NCBI RefSeq assembly: GCF_006345805.1
Contig: NC_043014.1
Coordinates: 14,012,001-14,076,000, forward strand
Length of the DNA: 64,000 bases
Direction: 5' to 3'
Origin: Octopus sinensis
Lineage: Eukaryota
Both the position numbers and the translations under genes were made by a program. The notes beneath the pieces are model-generated. The model saw only the letters and a list, made by a program, of their open reading frames with translations. It ran no database searches and was not told where the DNA came from. Position 1 is the stretch's first letter. Each line of letters starts with the position of its first letter. This document shows positions 50,538-64,000 of this stretch, piece by piece.

Positions 50538-52022
50538 GTAAAAATTTAAAGTATAAAAACTGCAAAAACAAAAAATATAATATTGGCAGAATTTAAGTTT
50601 TAATTAATATAGTGACAATCAGACTGATAAAATTAGCGTGAGAATTATATAAAGATTAATTGCTGTGCTTGAGAAGACACGTCAAGCTAAGTAAAATTGT
50701 GGCCATCCATACATACAGGCATGTCATATAGGCATATCCTTCACGGCTATATCCCTCATTCACCCTCTCAGCCAAGAGGTCTGTGTCTTGCGAGCTTATG
50801 GGTGCTGGTGTCACATAAAATGCACCCATGCCAGTGTCATGTAAAAGCACCCATGTAAAATCATTTGTGCTAGGGCCATGTAAAAAGCATCTAGTACTCT
50901 CTGTAAAGTGGTTGGTGTTAGGAAGGGCATCCAGCTGTAGAAACCATGCCAAAACAGACAGATGGAGCCTGGTGCAACTCTCTGGCAGGCCAGCTCCTGT
51001 CAAACGATCCAATCCATGCCAGCATGGAAAATAGACATTACATGACAATGATGACAACGACGACAACAACAACGATGATGATGATGATGATTAATGAATT
51101 AATTAATTAACAAAGACATTATTGGCTGGATAGGTAAAAATCTGACTGTCAATAAAATGCTTTAATGCATTTAAATAACCATCACAATTATTTTTTGAGA
51201 TTTAGTCACGTTAATGAATTTTTAAATTGATGATTATTGATTATTGATTATTATTATCCAAAATTTTATCAGCCAAATGCAATGAGGTCCATATTTCTAT
51301 GACAATTGTAAAAGATGTCAGAACAGTGATTTGCACATGTGGATGATAGAGCTGTCTTAACATCAATATAGCACTCACCACATGCACACAAAACAATGCA
51401 CTGGCCTCCCTACATACTGCACAATGCACTGATGCACAGTGGATCGATTTACGAAGAGGTAGAGTTGCTGTAGTGCGGCAAAAATTCACCAGCAAACATT
51501 ACATTTTTATGCTGTCAGTCACTACCAAGTTGTGTCTGTGGGCGTGGCGCAAATTGCAAGTGGGACAATGGAATTTAGCTTCACTCGAACACTAGTGATT
51601 TGTCCGTTCATGACCATGACACCATGATAGCATAGGGTGGCACATAACTGGATATCAAGGTTTCACTATCAACAATATGGACTGCAAAAACAATTCAGTG
51701 TAAAATCAGAAGCTACTCCATATCCAACATATTATTCTCACAGATAACAATGTCAAAGCATTGCGTGAAGCAAGTAAGCGAGATATGTTCAATTTTTTTA
51801 AATGTTTTTTATTTTATCTACAATTTATGTAAAAGTGTCTGACTTGAGGCACTTCTTAAGTATTTTTGATGATATGTGTGTGTGTATATATATATATATA
51901 TATCTATCACCGTGACCACTGTGACCGACCAGGCTATCAGATGTTGTTACACATCGCTGGTCACAATGCGCTTCACATTGTTTTAGCCTTCAAATGACGC
52001 CACCCCGCTGCTAAGCGAGCAG

Positions 52023-52085
<63 letters not shown>

Positions 52086-52630
52086 TAAGCAATAAAGGGT
52101 TTAGCAACGAATTGCCTTACCACATACCGAATTTAGAAATAGCAGTCAAAGAGTTATAGCTATTTCTTCTACTAAAAAGGGAGATCTCAGTAAAAAACAG
52201 CAATTGGAAGGCAGACACAAACAGGTAAGAGAGAATGAATTGACGGCAATCTATCATACAATTTTAAGTTATCTACGGACGCACGTTTCGAAATCAAGTT
52301 TTTAGGAAAGCATAAGAATTAAATATTAAATAATTCTACCTTACCAAAACTTCTTTTCTTTCAGCGTAGAATACTATAATCATAAATGATTATATATTGA
52401 ATTTTGAGATACTAGAAGGCACCAACTCAACTCCCCTCTCTCTCTCTTTGGGAGAGGCACAAGCACCTACACGCACATATGCACACACGGCAGTAACTTC
52501 CACCTACCGAATTCAATCACAAAGCTCCGGTCAGCTCGGGGCTATAGTGAAAGACACCTACCCAAAGTGCCACGTAGTGGGACTGAACCCGAAACCATGT
52601 AGCTAGAAAGCAAGCTCCCTAAACCACATA

Positions 52631-52672
<42 letters not shown>

Positions 52673-53210
52673 AAAAGAGAACACTGTTGGTATTTAAAAT
52701 TTTCGACAGCTGTTTTGGTAGGATTTTATTGATACATTCAAAGATTACATCACAACATATAATCCACCATCTTCAGATAAAATTTGAAACAGGCAAGATG
52801 TCAAGCAGTGAGATTTCATACATCAAACACAACAAATCCAATTTTAAATTTCATACACTATTTGTGTTCTCCTTTTATACCTATGCCTCACTTGGAACCA
52901 ATCCCAGAACCAGATCTGCAGTTTAAATTGGATTTGGTACTTACATATCTACAGTATCCTACCAACACATGATATCTTTATTGTTTATCTTACTGTGAAC
53001 ACTGTGAACAATGGCAAATAAATGATTCAAAAATGAGCTGGAGAAGGCTAGAAGAGTGACTGCACAAAGATATCAGTGGAAGGAATGGATATACCAATGT
53101 TGCTAATTAGAGTTAAGCAGTGAGTTCCAGAAAAGTAAATGTATTGAATAAAAAGTTAATATATTGAAGGACTCTTGGGTTTAAATGTGTTCCATAGCCA
53201 CAGCAAACCT

Positions 53211-53608
53211 CTCTTTTACTCTTTTACTTGTTTCAGTCATTTGACTGTGGCCATGCTGGAGCACCGCCTTTAGTCGATCAAATCGACCTCAGGACTTATT
53301 CTTTGTAAGCCTAGTACTTATTTTATCAGTCTCTTTTTGCCGAACCGCTAAGTTACGGGGACGTATACACACCAGCATCGGTTGTCAAGCGATGTTGGAG
53401 GAACAAACACAGACACACACACACACATATAAATACACATATATACAACGGGCTTCTTTCAGTTTCCGCCTACCAAATCCACTCACAAGGCTTTGGTCGG
53501 CCCGAGGCTATAGTAGAAGACACTTGCCCAAGGTGCCATGCAGTGGGACTGAACCCGGAACCATGTGGTTCGTAAGCAAGCTACTTACCACACAGCCACT
53601 CCTGCGCC
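53211..53608 (-). mobile_element. SINE family 1
   Basis: Full-length reverse copy. Confidence 0.9.
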
Positions 53609-54736
53609 TCTTTCTAAAATGATGAAAAGTCTGCTCACACAGCAGCTCGACACAGTTACCTAACACTGATATATCACCACTAAAAATAAAGAATCATTTT
53701 TATCTTATTACATTGTAAAACAAATATTTTTACAGATTTTATTTCCCTATCTCAAAAACACTTAATTTAGCCTGATGATGCTGTATTTTGTTTATCATTG
53801 GGGTGGATCATAGAGGGGTGGTAACCAAAGAATTTCAGTTTGGGTGACTTCTGTATATTCAACGTACTATCCAAAAGAGTAAGATAACTTATAAAGGAAA
53901 AGAACAGATAAAAAGAGCACTAAATAACTAACAGTAATAGTGATAGATGTATGGGCAAAACTTTTCAGGAAGGGTTGAAGTGGAATCTAAGCATTTTTGT
54001 CCCAAAATTTAAAAGATTATACAAATTGACTAAACAAAATAATTATATAGTCAAGCTGGAAGGTGACAAGAGGGCAGAATCGTTAGCATGCCAGGCGAAA
54101 TGCTTAGCAGTATTTCATCTGCTGCTATGTTCTGAGTTCAAATTCCACCGAGGTCGACTTTACCTTTCATCCTTTCAGGGTCGATAAATTAAGTACCAGT
54201 TACGCACTGGGGGTCGATGTAATCGACTTAATCCGTTTGTCTGTCTTTGTTTGTCCCCTCTATGTTTAGCCCCTTGTGGGTAATAAAGAAACAGGTATTT
54301 CTTCCGTCTATGCTCTGAGCTCAAATTCCACTGAGGTCAACTTTGCCTTTCATCCTTTCAGAGTTGATAAAATAAGTACCAGTTGAATACTGGGATTAAT
54401 GTAACTGATTTACCCTGTCCCCTGTAAATGCTGGCCTTCTGCCAAAATTTGAAACCAATTAATGTAGTCAAGCTAAAACTATAATGCTGGTTAAACAAAA
54501 ATATTGCAAAATCTCTTGATCACAAATTAACAGTATTAGATGACTTGTTTGATACTTATGCATCATTGTCACATCAGGTGAGAACAGTGGACCCAAACTT
54601 TTTTGCACTTGAGACCAGTTTCATGCAAGACTATTTTTCCATAGACAACCAGGGGATCAAACTCATAACAAAGCACAATAAAGCGCATAATATATAATTT
54701 AATTATTACAAATATAATATAGAAATATTATATATA

Positions 54737-55248
54737 CCATAAATCCTTGAGTATAATTCACATTTTTTTCCCAAAATTTAAAGGTCAAAATCCCTAGTGC
54801 ATATTATATACGAGGTTAAAAATGAAAATTATTTTCTAAACAATGTCCGAGTCTCTATTTGCTGTCCGGCTGTGTTTATTCAGACACATTTTGTGATGTC
54901 GGGCACGAAAATACCTTAAGCTAAGCCTGAAAGCAATGAAGTCATAAAAGAATCATCCATAACTTGCAGTAAGCAACATTTATTAAACGTTATTACTGTT
55001 ATTTCTTTATTTTCTGCAAACAAAATGCACAAAAAAGCTACACATTTGCATTATGTTATATATACAATTATAATAAAGGACATTACTGTATACATTTTTA
55101 CAAACCAAAGACGTTATATAGACCTCCTTAACTCAAGTTAGAGAAGGGGTACGTATTATACACGAGGTTTAGGATTTTCAGAAGTACAGCCCTCTAAAAA
55201 TCCCCTGCGTATTATACTCAAGGGCAGACTATACTCGAGGATTTACGG
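54737..55248. mobile_element. pogo/Tc1-mariner-type MITE
   Basis: TA|CCATAAATCCTTGAGTATA … TATACTCGAGGATTTACGG|TA TIRs with TA TSD. Confidence 0.8.
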
Positions 55249-56494
55249 TATAATGCAAAAATACTCTGCAGACTGTGATAGTCAATAAAATAGAAATAAA
55301 ATTTTAAAAGGTATTTTTTTTGTGTGACTCAGTACCAAATGATCTACAGTCCAGTATAGGTCTGCTGCCTGTTGGATGTGGATTCCTGGATGAAAAATTT
55401 AAACAGGAACTCAAAGCAGAAGAGATCTCTTGATGTCCAAAGGTATAACGCAGGCTGTTTGCTGTAGTTGAAATTATGTCACATTTAAGGGAGGCAGCCA
55501 ATTTGGCTACTTCACAGGACAGTTAAAACTTATGGGTCGCTACTGCTAACAATGAATATGTTAAATATCTTTCAATATCGGTTTCAAATTTTAGCACAAG
55601 GCCAGCAATTTTGGGTGAGGGATTGAGTCGATTATATTGACCCCAGTGTTCAACTGGTACTAATTTTTATTGATCCCTGAAAGAATGAAAGGCATTGGTG
55701 GAATTTGAACTCAGAATGTGAAGATAGATGAAATATCACTAAGCATTTTGCCCGGTGTGCTAACAATTCAGCCAGCTCACCACCTTAAAATATTTTTAAA
55801 TATCTTCGCATCATATATAACTATCTGCATATGCTTGCTCAATACAAATCTGAACTAAATGATTCAGATGTTACCCCCTAGCGTTGTGTAGATGGCTCCT
55901 CAATCTTCTAGAGAAATTAAAGAATGTTCAGAAGAACACAGTGTTGCAGGAATCAGGGATAAAATTCTTCAGAGAAACTATCTAATGTCAGAACATTGGC
56001 TTTTCTGCCCAAAAAATTGATCACATCAATCATTCAAACTATCATTGAAAGAGGATTTTCACTCAAATTTTTGCCCCCTAAATTGAGCTTTGCCCAAATC
56101 AAAGTGAAAGACTACCAAACCTGCTGCCTCATGAGTGATATGGTGATACATTAAAGTAAAACTTTGGGAAACAATAGGAGATAATATAACTTAGAATTGT
56201 TAGCACACCGGGCAAAATGCTTAGTGGTATTTTGTCTGCTATTTACGTTCTGAGTTCAAATTCTGCCAAGGTCAACTTTGCCTTTCATCCTTTCGAGGTT
56301 GATAAAACAAGTACCAGTTACACACTGGTATCGATGTAATCGACTTAATCCCTTTGTCTGTCTTTGTTTGTCTCCTCTATATTTATCACCACCCCACCCC
56401 CGCCGTGGGCAATAAAGAAATAAATATAACTTAGAAAGATAAAGGAAAACAATCTTGACTGATAGGTTTAAAAAAGAGAGCTGGTAGCCATTCT

Positions 56495-56692
56495 TCTTTT
56501 ATTCTTTTATTTGTTTCAGTCATTTGACTGTGACCATGCTAGAGCACCACCTTTAGTCGAGCAAATTGACCCCAGGACTTATTCTTTGTAAGCCTAGTAC
56601 TTATTCTATCGGTCCATTTTGCCAAACCACTAAGTTACGGGGACGTAAACACACCAGCATTGGTTGTCAAGCGATGTTGGGAGGACAAACAA

Positions 56693-56728
<36 letters not shown>

Positions 56729-56893
56729 GACAGGCTTCTTTCAGTTTCTGTCTACCAAATCCACTCACAAGGCTTTGGTTGCCCCAAGGCTATAGTAGAT
56801 GACACTTGCCCAAGGTGCTGCCACGCAGTGGGACTGAACCCGGAACTATGTGGCTGGTAAGCAAGCTACTTACCATACAGCCACTCCTGTGCC
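56495..56893 (-). mobile_element. SINE family 1
   Basis: Full-length reverse copy. Older degenerate copies also lie at ~420-950, 45905-46250, 57190-57490 and 59200-59500. Confidence 0.88.
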
Positions 56894-59754
56894 TATTTGT
56901 TCATAGCTTTTCTGCAGGGTAATTACTACGATAAGTAAGAAGCTAGCTCACTAGATAGTAAAATGCATGTTTGTACAGTATAACAATGGCAAGTAAATGA
57001 TTTAAGAATGAGCAGGAAGGGTGACTTCATAAAGATATCAGTAGAAGGAGTGGGCATACCAATGTTGCTAACCAGAATTAAACAGTGGGTTGCAGAAAAG
57101 TTTATGTATTGCACACACAGGTCACTTGAAGAATGGTTACACTTGGTCAGTGGACATGGGAAATGATGAAATGTTGAAATAAGGAAAAATTTAATAGGTA
57201 TAGTCATGGCTGTGTGGTAAGTAATTTGCTTCTCAATCACATGGTTTTGGGTTCATTTCCACTGCGTGACACCTCGGGCTAGTATCTTCTACAAAGCCCT
57301 AATCTAACTAAAACCTTGTGAGTGGATGAGGTAGGTGGAAACTGAAAAAGCCCGTCATGTATGTGTGTGTCTGTGTGTGTGTGCATGTGTGTATTGTTAT
57401 TTTTTTGTTTATGCTCTTGTAATTTAGTGTAGTACTGGGGTTGAGTTGCTCAACTAAAACCCTTCAGTGCTATTACTGAAACAAGTAAAAGGCAAAGAAA
57501 AAGCATACTTCTCAGAACAGTATTTAAGGCAAGAAAAAATACTGACTCAAGAAACTTATCAAAAAATTACTGTAAGAATTACATAAAGGAAAACATGACC
57601 AACACGGAATGAATGGGGCAAAAATTGAAAATTCCACACGCCCAGTGATAGTCGTGTGGTTAAGACGGGGTGTGCTATTAAGGTGGTCCACCTTGGGTGA
57701 CACTTCGATGGGGGAAACACTTTTGGGTTTACCATATAGGCCTGGATAGCAGGCAAGGTGAACAGTAAACTCATGGGTTGCCCCGAGCAACACTTACACT
57801 AGCTGTTTCACTTTCCTACAATGCTCAGGTTTACCCTCAGGTGCTCCAACCAAGATCATCCCAGACTATGTTTTAGTTGATATTTTAAGTAATGATCAAC
57901 TTTATAGTACTTCTCCCCTCATTAGCTTTTGTTTTTATTTTCCATGAGATGAAGCTAATGTTTCATGCCTGAATTAGAAGACACTGCAATTAGAATTTAT
58001 TACCTTGGCACAAAGCCATAAATTTATATAAGACAGGTGAGTAGACTGAATCACCACCAACACATCTCAGTACTACCTTTATCAAAGCCAGCCACAGTGG
58101 ATTTGAATATAGAAAGCAAAAGGGCGTAAGTGCCTTCTTAAGGTATAGCCACTAGGTCTAAGGGCTTCATTGGTCTAAGGGCCTCATGGGTCTAAGGGCG
58201 TAATTCTGATCTATGTATGCTGTGGCTTGTTATCAATTAATAAGCACTATAGGGACCAGTGTATTGATTTGTTCAGGAGCCTCACAGGTCCAGGGGCCTA
58301 ATTCTGATCTATGTATACTATGGATTGCTGGCAATAAATAAATATTATAGGGTCCAGTGCACTAATTTGTCTGGGGCCTATAAATGCTGTAAAGACATCT
58401 CTGGAGGTATGATGTTTATTTTTCTTTTAGTTGTGTGTATGTGGTGAGGGGATTAATTGCTTAGTCAGCAGAGGAAGGGTAGCACCCATGACCATTTTAG
58501 GTTACCCATAACTGGTGGGAGGAAAGGGGGATGTTACTCTCAGATTAAAAACATGACACAAGGGTCAGGTGGTTGTGTTAAACCAGATGGCAATTATGAC
58601 TACTACCCAAATTGCTTAGCCCTTGATTGAGCAGACTTATGATCAAACAACAGTCTAGCTGGGTTGTCTGCCCTGGGCAATACTTTTGTGGGGGTAGCAC
58701 TTTTGGGACTGTTGTATAAGTCTTCTACAAGCTGGCAGAATCATTAGCACGCTGGGCGAAGTGCTTTGTTGCATTTCGTCCGCCACTGCGTTCTGAGTTC
58801 AAATTCCGCTGAGGTCGACTTTGCCTTTCATCCTTTCGGGGGTGATTAAATAAGTACCAGTTACGCACTGGGGTTGATATAATCAACTTAATCTGTTTGT
58901 CTGTCTTTGTTTGTCCTCTCTGTGTTTAGCCCCTTGTGGGTAGTAAAGAAATATGTATAAGTCTTTATAGTTTTGGGGACCCACAGCTTGGGGTGGGGGG
59001 ACAGTAAACTCAAGGGCTACTGTTGATGGCATATGCTCAGAGCATTCTAGCTGTGACTAACATGTCCTTTTTCAGACTGTGTATTAAGTCTACATCAGCT
59101 AATATATCTGGTGTCACTCATTTCTGTTGAGTGAAGCAGCTCCTTAAGTGGCTCAGTTGTAACTCATTTATCATTCATTGTAATTCTGTTTACAGGCCAA
59201 GTATGGCTTTTCAGCCATGAGGTTTCAGGTTCAGTCCCACTATGCGGCACATTGGGCAAGTGTCTTCTGCTTTACTCGCAAGCTGACTAATGCCTTGTGA
59301 GTGGATTTGGTAGGTGGAAACTGTGCAGAAGCCCATCATATATGTCTGTGAGTGCATGTATGTGCGTGATAGAATAAGCACCAAACTTTGAAAAAGAAAA
59401 ATAAGTCCTAGAGTTGATTTATTTGACTAAAACCAATAAATCATTCAAGGTGGTGCCCCAGTATGGTCGCAGTCCAGTGAATGAAGCAAGCAAAATATAA
59501 GAGATAACTATAGGTTATCCCAGAATTAACTATCTATTTCGGTGAGGAAGGGCAATTTAAAAAAAAACTTCTATTTATGTTTATCATGTTTAATATCTGC
59601 TAAAAGTGTATGAACTTTTAATTTTGTTTATAATTTTATTTTTATAATTTTTTAAAATAATTTTATTTTCATTCCTATTGGATCCCATTTATCTGTCCAT
59701 GACAGATTTTTTTTCAATTTCGTTACAATCATTTTCTTTACCTCAGACCCCAGG

Positions 59755-59910
59755 ATGGAGGAATAGATTAGCTGAACTTAAAGAACACATTCAGTTAGCA
59801 GTGCAGGAGACAACTCCAAAAATGCTTCAAAATGGGTTTCAATGGATTTGAAATTTGCAGGGATACAGATGGAACACATATTGAAAATTTCCAATAAAGT
59901 TTTGACATAA
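59755..59910 (+). pseudogene. mariner-like transposase C-terminal relic
   Basis: LAELKEHIQLAVQETTPKMLQN..EICRDTDGTHIENFQ*. Confidence 0.6.
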
Positions 59911-60224
59911 GATTTTTGAGCATGATCATTGCCAGAGCAGCTAACTGGCTTCCGTGCCGGTGGCACGTAAAAGGCACCATTCGAGCATGATCGTTACCAG
60001 CATCACCTTACTGGTACCTGTGCCAATGGCATGTGTAAAAAGATTTGAGCGAGGTCATTGCCAGTACCACCTGACTGGCCCCCGTGCCAGTGGCATGTTA
60101 AAGCACCCACTACACTCTTGGAGTGGTTGGCGTTAGGAAGGGCTTCCAGCTGTAGAAACTCTGCCAGATTAAGATTGAAGCCTGGTTCAGCCATCTGGTT
60201 CGCCAGCCCTCGGTCAAATCGTCC

Positions 60225-60532
60225 AACAAACCGGAAACCCTGGTGCAATTGAAGGAGAACATCAATAGAGAAATCAGAGAAGTGGGGTCTGAAATTCTTG
60301 AGGGTGTTATGGTGCAAGTTTTGGAAAGAACACGGGCATGTGAAGCCAAAAATGGCTGCCATTTAAGCGATGTCATTTTTCATATGTAATGTAGTGGTGT
60401 TGCAAAATTTGATGTGTGCATATTAATTTCCATTATGTCTTTTATATTGTAACAAAATTTCATGCATTTATTTGTAAAGTTAAGGAAGTTATTAAAAATT
60501 GAAACCCCTCGGTAACTTTTGGGACACTCTGT
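60225..60532 (+). mobile_element. Tc1/mariner right end with C-terminal relic
   Basis: NKPETLVQLKENINREIREVGSEILEGVMVQVLERTRACEAKNGCHLSDVIF; ends GGGACACTCTG|TA. Confidence 0.75.
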
Positions 60533-60699
60533 ACAAGCCATCTTCTTTGACACAATGTGAACAGTGCAAGTAAGATTTACCTCTCGTTTTTTCATATACA
60601 TAAAATATGGACTGATGAATACATGAAGTGGGGGGCGATTGTTTTGATAATATACTTTCATTTTCCTTCTGCTAAAAATTGGTAAAGAGCCAAGAGGTG

Positions 60700-61340
60700 G
60701 CAATAGTGATAATGATAGTGAGGAAAGTGTGGTGGTGGTGGTGGTGGTGGTGGTGATGGCGGCGGCGGCAGTGGTGGGGATGGTGGTGATGGTGGTGGTG
60801 ATGGCGGCGGCGGTGATGATGGTGGTGGTGATGGTGATGGTGGTGGTGGTGGTGATGGCGGCGGCGGCAGTGGGTGATGGTGGTGGTGATGATGGTGGTG
60901 GTGATGGCGGCAGTGGTGGCGATGGTGGTGGTGATGGTGGCGACGGTGGCAGTGGTAGTGATGGTGGTGGTGATGCTGGTGGTGGTGGTGGTGATGGTGG
61001 TGGTGGTGGTGATGGCGGCAGCGGCAGTGGTGGTGATGGTGGTGGTGATGATGATGGTGGTGGTGGTGGCAGTGATGGTGATGGCGATGGTGGTGGTGGT
61101 GGTGGTGGCGGTGGTGGTGGTGATGGTAATGGTGGTGATGGTGGTGATGCTATACGCCAGCTGTGATGATAATGATGAAGACAGTGTTGGTAATGATGGT
61201 GACTAATGACATCAATAGTAGTGGTGGTGGTGGTGGTGGTGGTGGTGGTAATAAAGCTTAGGTAGGGCAGTGATAATGTTGGTGACAGAGGCAGCGGTGG
61301 TGGCAGTGGTGGAAGTGATGACAATAAAAATAATAATAAT
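60700..61340. repeat. Cryptic (GGT/GGC/GAT/AGT)n trinucleotide tract
   Basis: Direct inspection. Confidence 0.95.
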
Positions 61341-61839
61341 AATTGTCCTAGATATCAGGAAGACACTCAGCAAGAAATGGAAACTAAATTGAAGCAGAAA
61401 AACTCATAAAAATAAAAGTACGTGGGCGATTTGTTGTTTTTGTGTCATTATAGACGGAAAAATATGTCACAGGAGATACAGAGAGAGCAAGAAAAGCATT
61501 ATAGGGAAGCTGAAGAATTAAAGATGTATATGTGTAGATGATGAAATAGAGGGAGAAAGAGAGATAAAGAAAGGGAGAGGACTAGAGAGAAAGGAAGAGT
61601 GTTTTCTTCTTTTAGAGAAAGATGTATATATGGATATGAAATGGGGTTTTTAAGTAGGAAAGAGAAAGTGAGAGATTTAATGAATAATAGGGGAAGGGTG
61701 GGGCGAGGTTTGGGGGTGAGATTACAAAACTTAGAAATTGAATGATGGAAAAAGTTCAAGAATGAAATTGGACAGAGTGAATAAAATTGGGGGAAAGAGA
61801 TAGATGATGATGATGATGATGATAATAATAATAATAATA

Positions 61840-62175
61840 ATTAATTCTTTTATTGGCCACAAGGGCTGACAAAAATCAATTATTACATAAAGGGACAAAA
61901 ACAGGACGAAAGGTTACAAAGGGTTTTGTCCGTTTGTAAAAAACCGTGTAAAAACAGTGTAACAATCAAAATTTATAACAACGAAAATCTCCCAAAAGGG
62001 GGAGGCGTTACGAAAGGTTCCTGGTGGAAAAAACCCATAAAAGCCAACGGGAGCCTGGTCAAAAGGGGGGTAGAGATCCCCTTTCCCCTTTTATATTACC
62101 TTTTTAAATCACAGGTGTAACCTCAGAATGGCTCCTTTCATACTGGCCATTCTTGCGACATTTATCCACCTTTCA
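61840..62175 (-). mobile_element. L1/Tx1-like LINE 3' fragment (a second fragment at ~62530-62900)
   Basis: Both fragments encode RWINVARM(A/V) C-termini (AERWINVARMASMKGAILRLHL*; FVGRWINVARMVRVN*). Clade assignment is from memory. Confidence 0.5.
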
Positions 62176-62177
62176 GC

Positions 62178-62216
<39 letters not shown>

Positions 62217-62436
62217 GTTTTAAATTTTGTCCCAAGAGCAGCAATTTTTAGGGAGGGGATGAATCGACCACATCGATCCCAGTGTTCAACTGGTACTTAT
62301 TTTATCGACCCTGAAAGGATGAAAGGTAAAGTTGACCTTGGTGGAATTTGAACTCAGAATGTAGCAATGGACGAAAAAGTGCTAAGCATTTTGTCCAGCA
62401 CAGTAACGATCCTGCCAGCACACTGCCTTGAATAAT

Positions 62437-62448
62437 AATGATGATGAC

Positions 62449-62479
<31 letters not shown>

Positions 62480-62526
62480 ATGGAGATGATGATAATGATG
62501 ATGGAGATGATGATGATGATGATGAT
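62437..62526. repeat. (GAT)n/(GGA) trinucleotide microsatellite
   Basis: Direct inspection. Other simple repeats: (GGTT)n 50-80, (ATT)n 47550-47618, (AAT)n 62180-62216, (TA)n 49625-49681 and 52026-52084. Confidence 0.95.
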
Positions 62527-63170
62527 TTTGTATTAGTCACTACGGGTTCACAAACAGATCAAGAATGGTACAGGACAATACAATACAATATATGATGTGA
62601 TATGAGATTGGAGTTATATGAAGACATGTAAAAAAAAGAAAAAAAGTAAACTAAAAAAGAACAAAGAAAAAAATTCAAACAAGAAAATTCCTCAGTAGTG
62701 GGGAGACTTTCAAAGGCTGCTCATAGAAACCCCACAAAATCACAATCACCCTGAGCACAAAGGAAAGTGCCTTCTTCTCAGACTCTTCCCTCACTCTTCC
62801 ATCAATTTATAAGTGTATGCTTATAGCATGCACTATGGTCAGTTCACTCGCACCATTCTTGCCACATTTATCCACCTTCCAACAAATTTATTGGAAGGCA
62901 GTATTTTCATCTCAACAGTATACAACAAGAACAGGCATGACCAGTAACTACTACTGCTGATCAGATGGTCTGTCTGTCACCACAATGTGCAAATATCATG
63001 ACTATCTAATATGGTGGTGCATCAGCATGGCTGCAACTCTGAGCTAAAACTAGAGGAAAAAAAAACAAACTACTTCACTACCGTCACACAACCATATTTA
63101 TAGTTTTCACTGCCAAAGTAATTTCACACATTGTCCAAGCATATTTGTTTGCAACTCACTCACAGAAATA

Positions 63171-64000
63171 TTAGGTTGGGAACTAAGTTCCCACAGTTTT
63201 TTTTTATTTAAATTTTTTAAAAGGTTTAATAAAAAATAACAATTAATTAATCAATAATGTATTCACCCTTGTTATTTACAACTTCTTCCCAACGTTCAAC
63301 AAGATTTTCAATACCTCATTGGTAGAAATTTCGACTCAAAAAATTGATCCAACTAAGCTCTCAGTTCTGCATCAGTATTGAACGAAACTCCACGCAAAGC
63401 ATTTGAAAGAGATCAAAAGAGGTGGAAACCCATTGGTGCCAAATCAGAAGAGTATGGCGGGTATGGCAGCATTTCCCAGCCATGCATTTGAATGGCTTCC
63501 TTGGCCATATTGGCGATATATGGGTGGGCCTTGTCACGCAGCAGAAGAACTCCATGCTGCCGATTAGGTCTTTTCTCTTGTTGAGTTGTTCTGTCTGTTG
63601 AACACAGAGTTCCACATTGACCGTTTGGTTCCGTTCAAGCAATTCGTAATGGATAATCCTTTCCCAGTCCCACCACATGCACAACATTGCTTTACGCGAA
63701 TGAAGATCTTGTTTCACGCACGGTGTTGCTTGTTTACCTGGGCCAAGCCATTCCTTCTGCTGCTTCATATTGAGGTACAGGCACCATTTTTCATCACCAG
63801 TAACGATTTAGTAAAGAAATCGTTGCTTGTGTCCATGAGTTGAGCAGTAACAAGCAAGCAAACCAGCGGAGATTGTGGCTCGTTGATTTTTGTTGTTGTC
63901 ACTTAAAGCATGCGGAACCCATGCCCATACTTCTGAACCTTTCCCATCGAGTGAAGTTGCTTCTCTATAGCAGTGTGGGAGAATTTAATTTTCTCTGCCA
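63171..64000 (-). pseudogene. mariner (DD34D) transposase pseudogene with TIR, running off the window
   Basis: KQQKEWL..KAMLCMWWDWERIIHYELLERNQTVN, with HPPYSPDL(AP) in another frame; TA|TTAGGTTGGGAACTAAGTTCCC terminus. Confidence 0.9.

Noticed and set aside
57524-57793. Two overlapping minus-strand ORFs after an acceptor-like site
   Set aside because: No recognisable domain and no clear downstream donor; possibly an old repeat interior.
60380-61324. 314-aa Pro/Thr-rich ORF (-) and 145-aa Gly/Val-rich ORF (+)
   Set aside because: Trinucleotide repeat; codon register switches mid-ORF, variation fits CpG decay, and the 3' end of the minus ORF runs into a mariner remnant.

Overview
Eukaryotic, AT-rich, repeat-dense non-coding DNA. 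The SINE, LINE-tail and microsatellite families look like those of an octopod cephalopod (recognised from memory, not database-checked). I could not identify any intact host protein-coding gene. Nearly all ORFs in the track are translations of (TA/CA)n microsatellites, SINE bodies or decayed transposases. Best-supported structure: a full-length but dead Merlin (IS1595/ISXO2-like) DNA transposon at 41133-43344 with matching TIRs and a perfect 8-bp TSD. A ~420-bp MITE sharing its terminal sequence and 8-bp TSD length sits inside it; five complete and two partial copies of this MITE cluster at 31-42 kb, and the complete copies carry (CCCTAA)n telomere-like repeats and a CCAAT+TGACGT motif. The window also holds Tc1/mariner/pogo relics, piggyBac-like MITEs, two non-autonomous Helitrons, two probable solo LTRs, many tRNA-SINEs and RTE 3' ends, long fold-back elements and degenerate hammerhead-like motifs. 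A CpG-retaining block (~31.7-48 kb) contains an inverted duplication enclosing a canonical E2F site. Candidate small exons are listed at low confidence. I see no convincing novel multi-gene system; the findings concern mobile-element biology, RNA structure and regulation.
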